Made by a program: the position numbers and the translations under genes. A model generated the notes under the pieces. The model did not search any database and had not been told where the DNA came from. It saw only the letters and a list, made by a program, of their open reading frames with translations. A stretch of 64,000 nucleotides of DNA, taken from contig QPMI01000085.1 in the NCBI GenBank assembly GCA_004431415.1, positions 124,001-188,000 on the forward strand. Reading direction: 5' to 3'. The stretch comes from Cyanophora paradoxa CCMP329 (taxonomy: Eukaryota; Plantae; Glaucophyta). Shown in pieces: positions 30,579-42,256 of this stretch; positions within the stretch are counted from its first letter, which is position 1, and every line of letters begins with the position of its first letter.

Positions 30579-32300
30579 CTAGCAGATGCGGGGGAGGGCG
30601 GGTCGCGGGGCGTGGGGCCGGGGCGGGTCGGTGGCCGGGGGCGCCGGCGCGGTGGGGTACAGGGCGCCGTCGATGAGGAGGCGGGCGAGGGGGGCGCCGG
30701 CCTCGGCGGCGCTGAAGGCGACGGCGGCGGCGGCGGCGGCGGCGTCGGCGGAGACGAGGGGGCAGGCGAGGACGCAGAGGGACCGGAGGCGGCGGGCGCC
30801 TCGTGCGATGGCGGCGACGTCGTCGGGGCCGAGCCCGGGCAGCTGCTCGAGGGCGAGGCACCGGAGCGAGGAGCGCTGCGAGTGGGCCACCGCCAGCGCA
30901 AAGTAGCGCGCCGCGTCCCGCTCCCGCTCCGCCTCCAGCCGCGGCACCGGCGGGGGCGCCCCCAGGCGCGCCACCTCGATGAAGTCCAGCCGCTCCCGGC
31001 ACGCCTCCACCGCGTCCTGCGCGCCCCCGCCCGCTCAGCCCGACACCGCGAGCGCCGCGCCGGCGCAGCCTGGCAGGCGGGCGCGACAACGCACCCCCGC
31101 CCAGTCGAGCACGGCGCGGGTGCCGGCCCCGGGGCGCCCGAGGGCGTCCGGGGAGGCGGGGCCGGAGACGCGGAGGGAGCGGAGGGCGGGGAGGATGGGC
31201 GGGCCCTCGTCGGGGAGGGGCCAGCGGGCAAAGGAGTTGGCGGTGGCGTCCGAGAGGGCGAGGCTGCGCAGGGCGGGGAGGCGGAGGAGGCTCTCGAGGG
31301 CCTGCGCCGGCTGGCCCTGGAAGCCGCGCAGGCCGACGCAGAGCCGCTCGAGGCGCGCGGCGAGCGGGGAGCCGGGGGCGGAGACGGCGGCGACGAAGTC
31401 CGAGAAGCCGCGCGGGGAGGATTCGATGGCGAGGGAGCGGAGCGCGGCCAGCGGCTCGAGGGCCGGCGCCAGCGCGGAGAGGTCCGCGAAGGCGAGGCGG
31501 AGGGAGGAGAGGGCGGGGGCCGACGCGGCGAGCGCGGCGGCGAGGGCGGCGAGCACGGGCGAGCCCGGCCCGAGCGCGACCCCCGACAGGCTGAGCTCGA
31601 GCTCCTCCAGGCGGGGGCACGCGGCGAGCGCGAGGAGCGCGCGCTCCGCCTCGGGGGCCGACGCGGAGGGCGCCTCGTAGTGCGAGTCGAGGCTGTCGGC
31701 CGCCACGCTCACCGCCCGCAGCGCCCCCGGCCGCGGCAGCGCCGCCAGGATCGAGGGAAGGTCCCGTGCTTCGAGGCCCCGCAGCTCCCGCAGCGCCCCG
31801 CAGCGCGCCGCGAGCCGCACGAGGCAGCGCGCCCCGAGCAGCGGAGTGTAGTCCGGCGAGCACTCCGCCGCGTCCAGGCTCGTCGTCAGCGCGAAGACGC
31901 CCCCGGCGTTGTCGATCGCCGACCGCAGCGCCCGGCTGACCAGGCGCAGGCGCTCCAGGGCCAGCGGGCTGCCCTCCATCCTGGCGACGTGCTTGCATAT
32001 TTCTACGAGCACGCCCTCGTCCAAACCCTCGATCGACAGCCCCCTCTCCCGCAGCTACGCGCTCGAGTCAGTCCGGACTCGCGCGAATACGCTTGAGCGC
32101 ACCACTTCCGCGCGCCGGGCCTGCTCCTCCGCCTCCGCCCGTGCGTAGTGCGCCTGGAGGCGCTCTAGCAGATGCCGAAGTTCCTCGGCGCAATGCTCGG
32201 CGAGTTCCCGCGGGTGCACGCGGAGGACGGCTGACGTCGCAGTCCTGAGCAGCGCCAGCGCTTCCGACGCGTCGGAGGCGGCCGAAGTCGCGTTATCCAT
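30579..32300 (-). CDS. F-box-like / LRR protein, multi-exon
   Basis: LDEGVLVEICKH...LRLVSRALR then LRRs (CPRLEELELS, LSSLRLAF, LRSLALSD, LRSLCVLACPLVS). Confidence 0.65.
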
Positions 32301-32387
32301 GCGCGCTAGCTTCGCCGCATTGGACTGATACGAGTACTAGTGAGACGCGAGAGCTGTTGCCCGGCGCGGCGGGTACACGCGCAAATC

Positions 32388-34648
32388 ATGTCTGCCGCGT
32401 TCTCCGTCGTCTTTGCCCCGGCGGCGAGCGCTGAGCTCGCCGCACCTCGTTCGAGCGCGGCAGCACGCTCAGCAGTGTCCGAGAGGTGCGCTTCCAGCCA
32501 TGATGCAGCGCGTCGGCGACCCGCACCCAGAGTCGCTCACAGCGTGCGATCCCGCGCGAGCAGGTTGAGCGCGCGGAGACTGGGCGCTAGCCGAACGCTG
32601 CGGCCCCGCTTTTTCGGTCAGGCTTCGGCGGTGGCGAAGCTTCCGCGCGCGAGCGCTGGATCGGCGAAGCAGATCGTCTTCGTCACATGCAGCGGAGGTC
32701 AGTGTGGCGTCGGCAGAAGCCTCCTTCGGCCCGACGCCGCGCTCGCACGTATGCCGAATCTGATCGGCCCGCAGAGGAGTCGGGGCGGAGGCGGGTTGTC
32801 ATCACGGGCATGGGCGTCGTGTCGTGCTACGGGACGGACATCGACGACCTGTACGACGGCCTGCTGAAGGCCCGCCGCCCCGGGCTCCCCGCGGGAGGCG
32901 CGGCTGAGGGCGGGGCAGGGGCGGAAGGAGGTCGTGCCGCTCCAGGGCGTGCAGCTGGACGGGCTCGCGGTGCGGCCGGGGCGCGCCGGCTGGAGGTCCG
33001 GGGATGACGCGGCGGCAGACGACGGTGGGAGGCCAGATCGCCCCCGAGCTCCTCGAGGAGGCTCGGGCAAAGTGCATCGACCCGACCCTTGACCGCGTCC
33101 GCCCCGCCCCCCTCCCCCCGCCCCGCCGCCCGCCAGGCCGACGCGGTGGCAGGAGCTGGACCCGGAGATCCGGTATGCCCTCATCGCCTCCAAGCTCGCC
33201 GTGCAGTCGGCCAAGATCGTGCGCACGCGCGCCCCGCCCCCCGCCGCGGGGCTCTGAGGCGGGGCAGACGGAGGAGGACCTGGCGGCGATGAAGAAGTCG
33301 CGCTGCGGCGTCATCGTCGGCTCCGCCCTCGCCGGCCTCTCCGGTCCGCGCCGCCCCGCCCCGCCCGCCCCCGCCCCGCCCGCGCCGACGGGGAGGCAGC
33401 GATGGAGCGTGCGGTGGCGGCGGTGGCGGGCGGGGGCAGCTACAAGGACCTGGCGCCGATGACGCTGCCGTTCGCGGGGGCGAACATGCCGTCGGCGCTG
33501 CTGGCGAAGGAGCTCGGGTTCACGGGGCCCAGCTACGCCGTCTCCGCCGGCTGCGCCTCCGGCGCCTCCTCCATCATCGCCGGTGCCCCCGCCCCCGCCC
33601 CCGCCCCCGCCCGCCCTCGGCCGCGCCCGGCGCGACGGGGCGGGCGGGGCGCAGCGGCGAACCACATCCGGAACGGGGAAGCGGAGGTGATGATCTGCGG
33701 GGCACGGAGGCGCCGCTGACGCGGGTCGGCATCGCCGGCCTCAACGCCCTCGGCACCCTCTCCACCTCGAACGACGACCCCGCCCGCGCGTGCGCCGCCC
33801 CGCGCCCCGCCCCGCGCTGCCCGTGCGAGGGCGGCGGCAGGGGTCGGCCGTGGAGCGCATCGCGGGACGGGATCGCCCTTGGCGAGGGCGCCGGCATCCT
33901 CGTCCGCCCTCCCCGCCCGCCCCCCGCCCGCCCGCCCGCCCGCCTGGCCCGCTCATGCGGCGGGGCAGATCCTGGAGGAGCTGGAGCACGCGCTGGACCG
34001 CGGGGCGCCGATCTGGGCGGAGTACTTCGGGGGCGCCCGCACCTGCGACGCCCGCTCGGTGCACGGGCCCGTCGCCGACGGCTCGAGCATCGCGCGGGCC
34101 ATGGAGGGCGCCATCGCCGACGCCGGCATGGAGCCGACCGAGATCGAGCACCTCAACGCGGGGGCGTGCGGCTCGCGGGACGCGGACGCGGCGGAGGCGG
34201 CGGCGATCAAGGCGGTCTTCCCCGCCGAGCACCGGGCGGAGCGGATGTGGGTCAACTCGACCAAGGGCTCCATCGGGCACGCCCTCGGCGCCTCGGGCGC
34301 CCTCCAGGCCGTCGTCTCCGTCCGCGCCATCATGGCCGGCCTGTCCGCCCCGCCCCGCCCCGCCCCGCCCCGCCCCGCCCCGCCGCCCGGCCTCACGGGC
34401 GGTGCAGGATGTTCCCGCTGGCGGGGCTGGAGGACCCGGACGCGGCGCTGGAGGGGATCCGCTGGCCGGGCCCCAAGCTCAAGGTCGAGAAGATCGAGAC
34501 CTCGCTGCTCAACGCCTACGGCCTCGGCGGCCACATCGCCTCCATCGTCATCTCCGCGTACCGCAACCACGGGCCCCAGGCCCGTGGCTTCCTCAAGATG
34601 GAGCGCCTCCGCTTCGGCAAGAACGCCGCCGACGCCGCCGCCTCCTAG
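32388..34648 (+). CDS. fabF: Plastid-targeted beta-ketoacyl-ACP synthase (FabF/KAS-like), divergent active site, multi-exon
   Basis: RRVVITGMGVVS, GPSYAVSAGCASG, GEGAGIL, LEELEHALDRGA, NSTKGSIGHALGA, NAYGLGGH; MSAAFS transit peptide. Confidence 0.85.
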
Positions 34649-36222
34649 CTATAGCCGCAGCTGCAGGCCGAGGCCTCGGGATCGCCCCACCCTCTATAGC
34701 TAGCTCCACGCATCGGTCCACAGGGTAAACAATTAAGTCTTCACATTCCGCACAGAAGGAGGCGCGTTGCGGCTCGCTGAAGCGAGATGGCCTTCCGAGT
34801 TCCGAGAGCACCAACAAAACGACAAAAAGATGCGACAGAGCGCATCAAAATCGCGCCTAGTTCATGCCGCGTCTGTGTTTCTGCATAATTCATGATTTGG
34901 GCATGATGATTCTGATTCTGCATAATAAATACTGCTGCATTGAAGGCTAAGCTTACAATCATGGCAATTGCAAGCGGTTCGCGGCTGTACCACTAGTGCT
35001 GGGCGGCGGTTGCGAGCCTTGGGCTCGACAGCCCCCTGCAAAAGATGAGGAGGGACGGGCACGAGGCGCGCCGGAGCGGCTGGGCGGCCCAGAGGAAAGG
35101 CCCGCCGGGGCAGCAGCGCCGGGGTCCGCCCGCCCGGTGGCCAGCCGCCTGCAGTCGCGCCGGGCCTCGGCCGCCGCGCCCGGAACTCGGAACGGCTTGA
35201 AGAACGGCCCAAGGCGGAGGATGGCGGGGCAGGTAGCGGGCGTGTCACCGAGGACCGGCGGGCACTGCCGCCAGCGGTCACGCCCGGCCTGGCCTCTTCG
35301 CCGATTCTGACCGAAACTAGTACTCCAGCAGAAGGAGCTGGGCGCGGCGGGCGCTGCGCTCCGCACCACTCAGGCAAGGGCGCAAGCACGGAGCGGGCGT
35401 CCAACACCGCGGCCGGAGTCACCTCGGTTCGGGCTTCGAGTGCGGAGTTCTTCCCGGTCGGGGCGCACGCCCACCTCGGACAGGGGCCCGGACCGCTGAC
35501 TCAGTCTAGCATGCACCAGCAGATCGACGCGCGGGGAGCCAGGCAGATGCGAGTCGGCCAGCGCAGCGCGCCGGAGCCTGCGCATGCGTCCGGGCGGACG
35601 TCAGCTGCGAGCGCCGATGCGCTGCGCCAGCGTGGCGCGGCCACTACCGTCAGCGCTTATTGGCCGCAGCGCCGGCAGCTTGCAGTTGCAGAGAGCCTCC
35701 CTGGCGCAAGCACAGCGGGCCGGGACTCCGGCAGCCCGCAAACGCATCCGCTTCTGGAAGGAGAGAAGACGGGAAGGGCGAACTGCAGAGCCCGCATCGT
35801 CGATCCGCGCTGATGTGTGCGCCAGTCTCGGCTGGCAACTCGTGCTTAGCTGACCATGCCAAGCTCTTCTGTCACGTGCACGGAATCCGATCGAAGCGCT
35901 GCGCCCGCTCGATCCGATCCTGTGGGCGGGAGATGCTTGAGCTCGAGATAACAGCGCAGACAGGCTCTAGCATGCACTTCGCACCGTCACGAGCCTCTCG
36001 CCTGTCTCCCTCGGCAGCGTGGTTCAGCAGGCCCCAGGCCATGTCCAGCTGCAGGCCAGCGCCGCGCACTGGCAGCTGGCTGATCGAAAGCGCCTTGTAA
36101 AGCCCGCTCTCTGAATCTGCGCTTCCGAATTCGATGCCTCGACGCCCTCAGCGCCTGGCACGCCGTACGCGTGTTATACCGTCGTAGCCACTGGCCCGCT
36201 GTGCGCTAGCCACAGGCCTAGG

Positions 36223-36445
36223 TGGCTCGTGCACGAGCCAGCCCTTCCTCCGCCCCACCCCTTAGGTGGCAGCAGCCTTGTGCACGAGCCAGGGGGGGGG
36301 GGGGCAACTGAGTGGCCTGTGCACAGGCCACTTTGATCGGGAGTACCCCCCGGGTGGCTCGTGCACGAGCCAGGGGGGGGGCCACTGAGCGGCCTGTGCA
36401 CAGGCCGCTCCTTTTTTGTCGTTCAATGGAATGTACCCCCCGGGT
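36223..36445. repeat. Array of alternating 18-24 bp palindromes centred on GTGCAC, with G/C runs
   Basis: TGGCTCGTGCACGAGCCA (36223, 36355), AGTGGCCTGTGCACAGGCCACT (36311), GAGCGGCCTGTGCACAGGCCGCTC (36387). Confidence 0.85.
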
Positions 36446-36726
36446 GGCGCATGCACGCGCCACCCTGCGTCACCCCTACCCCCCCACCCCCCCCGAAGTT
36501 TTTGCAGCCCCGTCTGGGCGACATGGGCTCAACTCCGCAGAGGAGTATATATTTGTAGCAGCAGCAAACCTACTTGCCACATCGTTCTGCGGCCAGACAC
36601 CTTGAACTCGGAGAAGCCTGAACTTCGGAACTGAATCCGAGGCCTGGTACCGGTGTCCGACAAGTTCCCTTGTCCGAACTTCGGAAGTTGTACCCCACCC
36701 AAAGATTTCGGCGTCGTCAGTTCGCG

Positions 36727-39308
36727 ATGGTGCTGTTCGTCAGCGGGCTTGTCTCGAGCGCTAGGCCCGTGCAGGGAACCTCGTTCCTCAGCAGCGCGAA
36801 GCTCTGCGTACGGCGAGAGAAGGTCGGCACTCGTCGCAGCTTCTATGTCGCCGCCAGCAACAACCAGGAGCCACGGCCCGTCTCCTCCGCGAAAGCTTTC
36901 GGTGCCTCGGCAGTCGCGGCGCTCTCGGCGCTTATCGGCGCTGCTCCGGCGGCTTACGCCGATGCGATCGCTGATATGCTCGAGTGCGACGCCTCCCCAC
37001 ACCTCATGCCGTCCTAGAATCTTAGCTTAGTGTAAAGTCGCTCGTACGCGCGATCAAGGCTGTCAGCGATCGAGATTTATGCCGGACGGTGATTGACGCG
37101 GTCTGCAGGGACGCGCCGACGATGCCTGACATGGGAGTGGAGACGATGAACTTTATGATGAACTCCACTCCCCTCGAAATCGGTCTCGGAAGCGCGGCGG
37201 TCGTGGCGACACTCGCCCTCTTCTCCCTCCTATCGCGCGTCGGCGCCCGGGAGGAGCAGCTCGCGGCGGCGCTTTCGCGCGAGGCCGAGCTTCAGGCGCG
37301 CCAGGCGGCGCTCGAGGAGGAGCTGGAGGTCAAGCAGGTCCAAATCGCGTCGCTGGAGCTCGACCAGAAGAGCCTGATCCGCCGGGGGGAGAGCGCCGTC
37401 GCGGCGGAGGCGGATAAGGTCGCCGCCCTCAAGAAGGAGGTCGAGAGCCTCAACCAGGCCCTCCGCTCTGAGAGGGGGTGACCCCTCTCCCGCCTCTTCC
37501 TTTCTTTTGGTTTCTTCTCGCCCTGACCCCCACGCCCGCAGCGAGCTGGAGCGGGCGAAGAGCGACGTGCGCGTGCTCCGGGGGGCCATCCTCGCTCTCG
37601 GCGGGACGGCTAAGCGGGGCCGGGGCGGGGCGGGCAGACGGCGATGTACCGGCGGGAGGTGGAGGCAGCGCGGGTGGCGGTGAAGGAGGCGGAGGCGCGC
37701 GTGGCGGAGGAGCAGCGCGCGGTGGAAGAGATCCACACGCACCTCGACCACGTCCGCGCCGAGCTCTCCACCGTCAGCCCCGCCCGCCCCCGCGCCCCGC
37801 CAGCGCGCGGCGAGCGGCCGGCCGGCAGGTCTCGGCGGAGATGCTGCTGGAAAAGAAGAAGGCGCACGAGGCCGACGCCGCCGCCGCCGCCGCCCAGGAG
37901 GCCCTCCGCCAGAAGGTCCCGGCGCCCCGCCCCGCCGCTCGGGGCCGGCGCTAACGGCCACCGACGCAGGCGGCGGAGCTGGAGCACGAGCTGCTGGAGC
38001 GCGGCCGCGCCGCCGCCGCCCTCGAGGAGCTGGCCGTCCGCCCCGCCCGCCGCGCCCCGGGCCCCGCCGAGCCCCGGGCGGCGCAGACGGCGCAGAAGAA
38101 CCTCGCCGAGCTCAAGGCCGCCTCCGAGGCCGCCCGCGTCCGTCCCCCCGCCCTGCGCCGGGGCCGGGCCGGAGCGTGACGGGGCGGGGCCGGGGGCGGC
38201 AGGCGGAGCTGAAGCAGCGGGACGCGGCGGTGAACACGCTGCAGGCGGAGCTCACCAAGGCCCGCGCGGACGTGCGCGTCGTCGAGAAGATTGTCGAGAA
38301 GCCCGTCGAGAAGGCGCGCCGCCCGCCCCGGCCCCTCCCGCGCGGGGCGGCGCTTGGCCGGGGGCGAGCGGGGCGCGGGTGGCGCAGGTGGTGGAGAGGC
38401 GGGTGGAGGTGCCGGTGGAGAAGATCGTCGAGAAGATCGTCACCAAGGAGGTCCCCGTCGAGAAGGCCCGCCCGCCCCCGAGCCCGCCCGCCCGCGCGCC
38501 GGCGCCCCGGCGACCCGGCGCGTGCGCAGATCGTGGAGAAGATCGTGGAGAAGATCGTGGAGAAGCGCGTCGAGGTGCCCGTCGAGAAGATCGTCGAGAA
38601 GGTGCGCGCCCCGCAGCGGCGCGGGCCGGCCGGCGCCCTCACCGTCGGCCCCGCAGATCGTCGAGAAGCGCGTCGAGGTCCCCGCCCCCGCCGCCAAGGC
38701 CGCCCCGGCCCCGCCCCGGCCCCCGCCAAGCCGGCCTCCCCAAGCCCGCCCCCGCCCCGCGGCGAAGGCAGCCCCGGCCCCCGCCCCCGCACCCGCTGCC
38801 AAGGCAGCACCGGCCCCGCGCCCGCCCCCAAGGCACCAGCCCCGCCCCCGCCGCCAAGGCGGCCGCCCCGGCCCCGGCGAAGCCGGCGCCGGCGCCCGTG
38901 AAGGCAGAGGCCAAGCCCGCGCCCGCGAAGGCTGAGGCCAAGGCTGCGCCCGCTCCGGCCAAGCCCGCCCCGAAGTGAGCCTCGAGGGAGGGGCCTCCCC
39001 GGGGCGCGCCTGACCCTCCCCGCAGGGCGGCCCCGGCCAAGGCGGAGGCGAAGGCGGCGCCGGCCAAGGCGGAGGCGCCGAAGGTGGGCGGGGCGGGTGG
39101 GGGCGCGGAGCGGGGGGCAGGGCGTGGCGTGACGGGGCGGCCGGCGCAGGCGTCGGTGGAGGAGGTGGTGGCCAAGGCGGCGGCGGCGGTGGCGAAGGAG
39201 GCGGTGCCGGCCGAGCTCCGCTCCCCCCGCATCTCCTACATCGAGGAGCCCGCAGGCGCCCCAAAGAAGAAGCCGGCCAAGGCCAAGGCCAAGCGCGGCT
39301 TCTCCTGA
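36727..39308 (+). CDS. Probably plastid-targeted membrane-anchored coiled-coil protein with VPVEKIVEK repeats and a Pro/Ala/Lys tail, multi-exon
   Basis: MVLFVSG transit-like peptide, hydrophobic segment ending AYA, TM IGLGSAAVVATLALFSLL, coiled coil, several VEVPVEKIVEK repeats; TGA at 39306. Confidence 0.7.
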
Positions 39309-40709
39309 GCTGGCGGCCCCCTCCTTTTGATTTTCCTCGCTCGATTCGCAGTCTAGTGTAGTTCAGCTTTCGGGATTCCTTGTAGGGGTAGAAGGCAGCG
39401 CTGCGTTGGTTTGTCATCACTTCAAGCTTGTTGAGTATCTCTTGAATTTCCATTCGATTCGTGACCCCCCGAGCCCTGGCATGCAATTGCAATTGATCGA
39501 TGATCATTTAAATTATAAGATTTGAATGCCGCTGACAGTGCTGCGGTGGCCATGGCCAGCCTGGCAGTTAACGTCACGGCGTTTGCCTGCTGCCCTGCGC
39601 CGCAGGTTCAAGGTTAATTTACTAGTAAGTTAGGTTCCCCGCGGCACAGTTGTTAATTGCAGGTTCAAGGGTTCACCGAGCCTCATGATCAGACTCTGAG
39701 ATCTAGACCCTGACTCGAGCTCACACAGTGTCATGAGGGCCTCCATCATGGCATGGCCAAGCCTGGGCCATGGCTCGGTCCGAGCCTCGGAGTTCAAATG
39801 CGCATGCCATGATGCGCATGCCATGATCATGATCCACACTCCGGATCCGGCAGACTCTGAGACTCCGTCATGCCATGATGATATCGATATCGCGATCGAT
39901 CATTCCCAGAGTCCGACGGTCCCGGAGTCCTTCAAGGCTTGCCTGCCTGGCAGCTCAGCGGCTCGGCAAGTTTGGTAGTCGGATCGCCGCGGCGCGACCG
40001 GCAGATCGATATGTATCAATTCAGATCAAGACTAGTACTGTCGGACTTCGGGGTCTACGCGTACGGGGGCTAGCGCTCGAGCTCGAGCCGCCGGGCCGCA
40101 CATGTACACTGCGATCCCGCTGGTGCATTACAGACTCTGAGATCTAGACTCACAGGGAGGTCGCCAGGGTGCAGCCTCGCAGGCGAATAAGCTACTAGAG
40201 GACTCCGGGACCGGAGCCGCTGAGCTAGCTTGAAAGAAGGGGGGCATGCGCAGGGCGGGATTTAATCTGTTCTTTAAAATTCACCAGTTTTTTGTGACGA
40301 GCCATAATATATGCATATCATATAGTATGCTATCGCTTGTCCATAACCTTCATGTTCGACGGTCATGATCAACTGGCAAGCACTAACTGTGCGAACCGTG
40401 AACTGCAGCTGCGCCATTGATACGTGCATATTTCAATTTTTAAAAACATTTTGCTCGAATATCAATAAAAAAATCCAGCCAGGTATACATATATAAGTGG
40501 GCTCTTGCCAAGGGTCGAGCTCTCGAGCTTGCCCCTTCGCTGTCAATGCATTGTTAACCCTCGGAGGTTGATGAGTCACGCGTTGCGGAGGTTGCATTGT
40601 TATATTGCATTCGGGGAGGCAGGGGGACTAACACGTCCAATGTACCCCCCGGGGGCCTCCCGGCCTCTAACTAGGCTCGGACTCTAACTGAATGCTGTAC
40701 CCCCTGCGG

Positions 40710-41447
40710 TTACTGCCCGAGCCTAGCGAACTTGCGTAACTCGGCCTCGCCCTGTACCCAGTGACTGGTGTCGTCCATCCATTCGCGTACCTCCCTCTGA
40801 CGCTTGAGTGACTCACGCTGCTCAGGTGAGGGGGAGGGGGGCCGTAGAGGAGGGGCCGCGGCGGGGTACCATGCCAAAGTTTGCCCACTCGGGGGTATAC
40901 CGAATTCGCCTTGAACGATCCTCTGCGGTGTGAAGTATTGGCCGTCGCTCAGCGCCAGGTGGTAGAAGGCGTTTCGCAGTCGTCTGAGGAAGCGGGGCTG
41001 CGCTGTCTGCGGGTCAAGGCTCTCAAAGCGCCACGGTGCAACAAAATCGATGATTCGCTGCTGTATCTGCGCGGGCAGAGCGAGGATCTGGCTCTTGCGG
41101 TTCGCAAAGGCCGTCCAAAGGGCTTGCAGGTCGGCCCAATCGCCGTTCAGATCCCTGCGTTCGCGCCTCAGATGAGATCTCGGCCTGATTGTCATACCCA
41201 TCAAGCTCGCAGCCCTGATCATGTCCTCGTCCGGCCAATCTCGCTCGTCGTTAAACTCGTCTCTGATCCAACGCACTAAATAGAGCACGCGCTCCATGAA
41301 GTTCTCCGCCGGCGAGCCGCCCCTCGAGGACGTGCGCCTCCCCTCCAGCACTGCGTTCGCATCCTCCAAGTCCACGTTCCGCTGCAGGATCTCCCCATCG
41401 TTGTAGGTGTTGTTGTACAGCACGTCGGACTCGCGGGTTCGCGCCAT
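40710..41447 (-). CDS. Viral hypothetical protein with F-box-like motif; paralog of 42257-42835
   Basis: Intron-free 245 aa ORF; LWTAFANRKSQILALPAQIQQRIIDF. Confidence 0.75.
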   Translation of the reverse strand: MARTRESDVLYNNTYNDGEILQRNVDLEDANAVLEGRRTSSRGGSPAENFMERVLYLVRWIRDEFNDERDWPDEDMIRAASLMGMTIRPRSHLRRERRDLNGDWADLQALWTAFANRKSQILALPAQIQQRIIDFVAPWRFESLDPQTAQPRFLRRLRNAFYHLALSDGQYFTPQRIVQGEFGIPPSGQTLAWYPAAAPPLRPPSPSPEQRESLKRQREVREWMDDTSHWVQGEAELRKFARLGQ

Positions 41448-41483
41448 GCTCGCGGCTCGCTGAGAATTTCTACCTGTACCCCC
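41448..41483 (-). promoter_or_regulatory. 36-bp conserved intergenic leader, copy A
   Basis: 35/36 identical to 42203-42238; fills the whole stop-to-start gap. Confidence 0.8.
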
Positions 41484-42200
41484 TCACTGGCCGAAGTGCG
41501 ACGGTCCCCACTCGAGGTCGGGGTGGGGCCATGGGGGCCTTGGGCGGGGTACGATGCTCCCGCTTGCCAGCTCCATGTACTCCCCCACGGGGTTGTCTTC
41601 GTTTGCGAGGTCCTTGTAGTTACCCTTTACGAGATCCGCCGCCGCTTCGCGCCAACGAACGGCCACGTTGTACGTGTTGTCGATGATGTTCTGCACTGTA
41701 CCCTCCATGGGTATTAGGGATGGCCTATAGTCGACCTGTCTCTCACGCAGGTTCAATTCCCTTTGGTAGTAATCCACTGCGTCTGGGAGGGCCCTGAGCT
41801 CCAACGGGTGCTGGCCCGGGTCCGACGAGCTAATGAGCCCGGAGCGCTGCAGTGCGTTTACAGCCGCCCGCAGCATGATTTTGCCCACCCCCCGCATCGA
41901 ATCCCTCTGCTCGGGCGTCCCGTACCCCCCATGCGGCCCGTAATCGTTGTAGTAGCTCTCTATTTCGACGGTGGCTGGGCTAGTGCCGACGCGAGGCTTG
42001 ACAAAGCCGTACAGCCATGCCATAGCGTCGTTGTCCGCGGAGCGGCCGCTCTCGGGAGAGGATGGGAACACTTCGATTTTGAAGTCCCTGGTCCGCCGGT
42101 TGACTCGCGTCATTAGGTTGAGGGGGTAGCGCGCGTTGCCGAATTTATCGGGAAAGAGGCGGTGTAGCTTGAACCACGCTTCCTGATCGCCGTACGACAT
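41484..42200 (-). CDS. GNAT-fold acetyltransferase-like viral protein
   Basis: Acetyl-CoA motif MRGVGKIMLRAAV and LRALPDAVDYYQR. Confidence 0.6.
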   Translation of the reverse strand: MSYGDQEAWFKLHRLFPDKFGNARYPLNLMTRVNRRTRDFKIEVFPSSPESGRSADNDAMAWLYGFVKPRVGTSPATVEIESYYNDYGPHGGYGTPEQRDSMRGVGKIMLRAAVNALQRSGLISSSDPGQHPLELRALPDAVDYYQRELNLRERQVDYRPSLIPMEGTVQNIIDNTYNVAVRWREAAADLVKGNYKDLANEDNPVGEYMELASGSIVPRPRPPWPHPDLEWGPSHFGQ

Positions 42201-42202
42201 TC

Positions 42203-42238
42203 GCTCGCGGCTCGCTGAGAATATCTACCTGTACCCCC
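42203..42238 (-). promoter_or_regulatory. 36-bp conserved intergenic leader, copy B
   Basis: GGGGGTACAGGTAGATATTCTCAGCGAGCCGCGAGC just upstream of the ATG. Confidence 0.8.
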
Positions 42239-42256
42239 ACTCCCGGTCGGGGTACC

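Noticed and set aside
34980-36160. Possible degenerate minus-strand gene or TE fragment
   Set aside because: Some coding-like stretches but no recognisable domain or consistent exon chain.
39309-40700. Terminal inverted repeat, TSD or integrase at the left viral border
   Set aside because: No matching partner or integrase gene is visible in the window; the border remains approximate.
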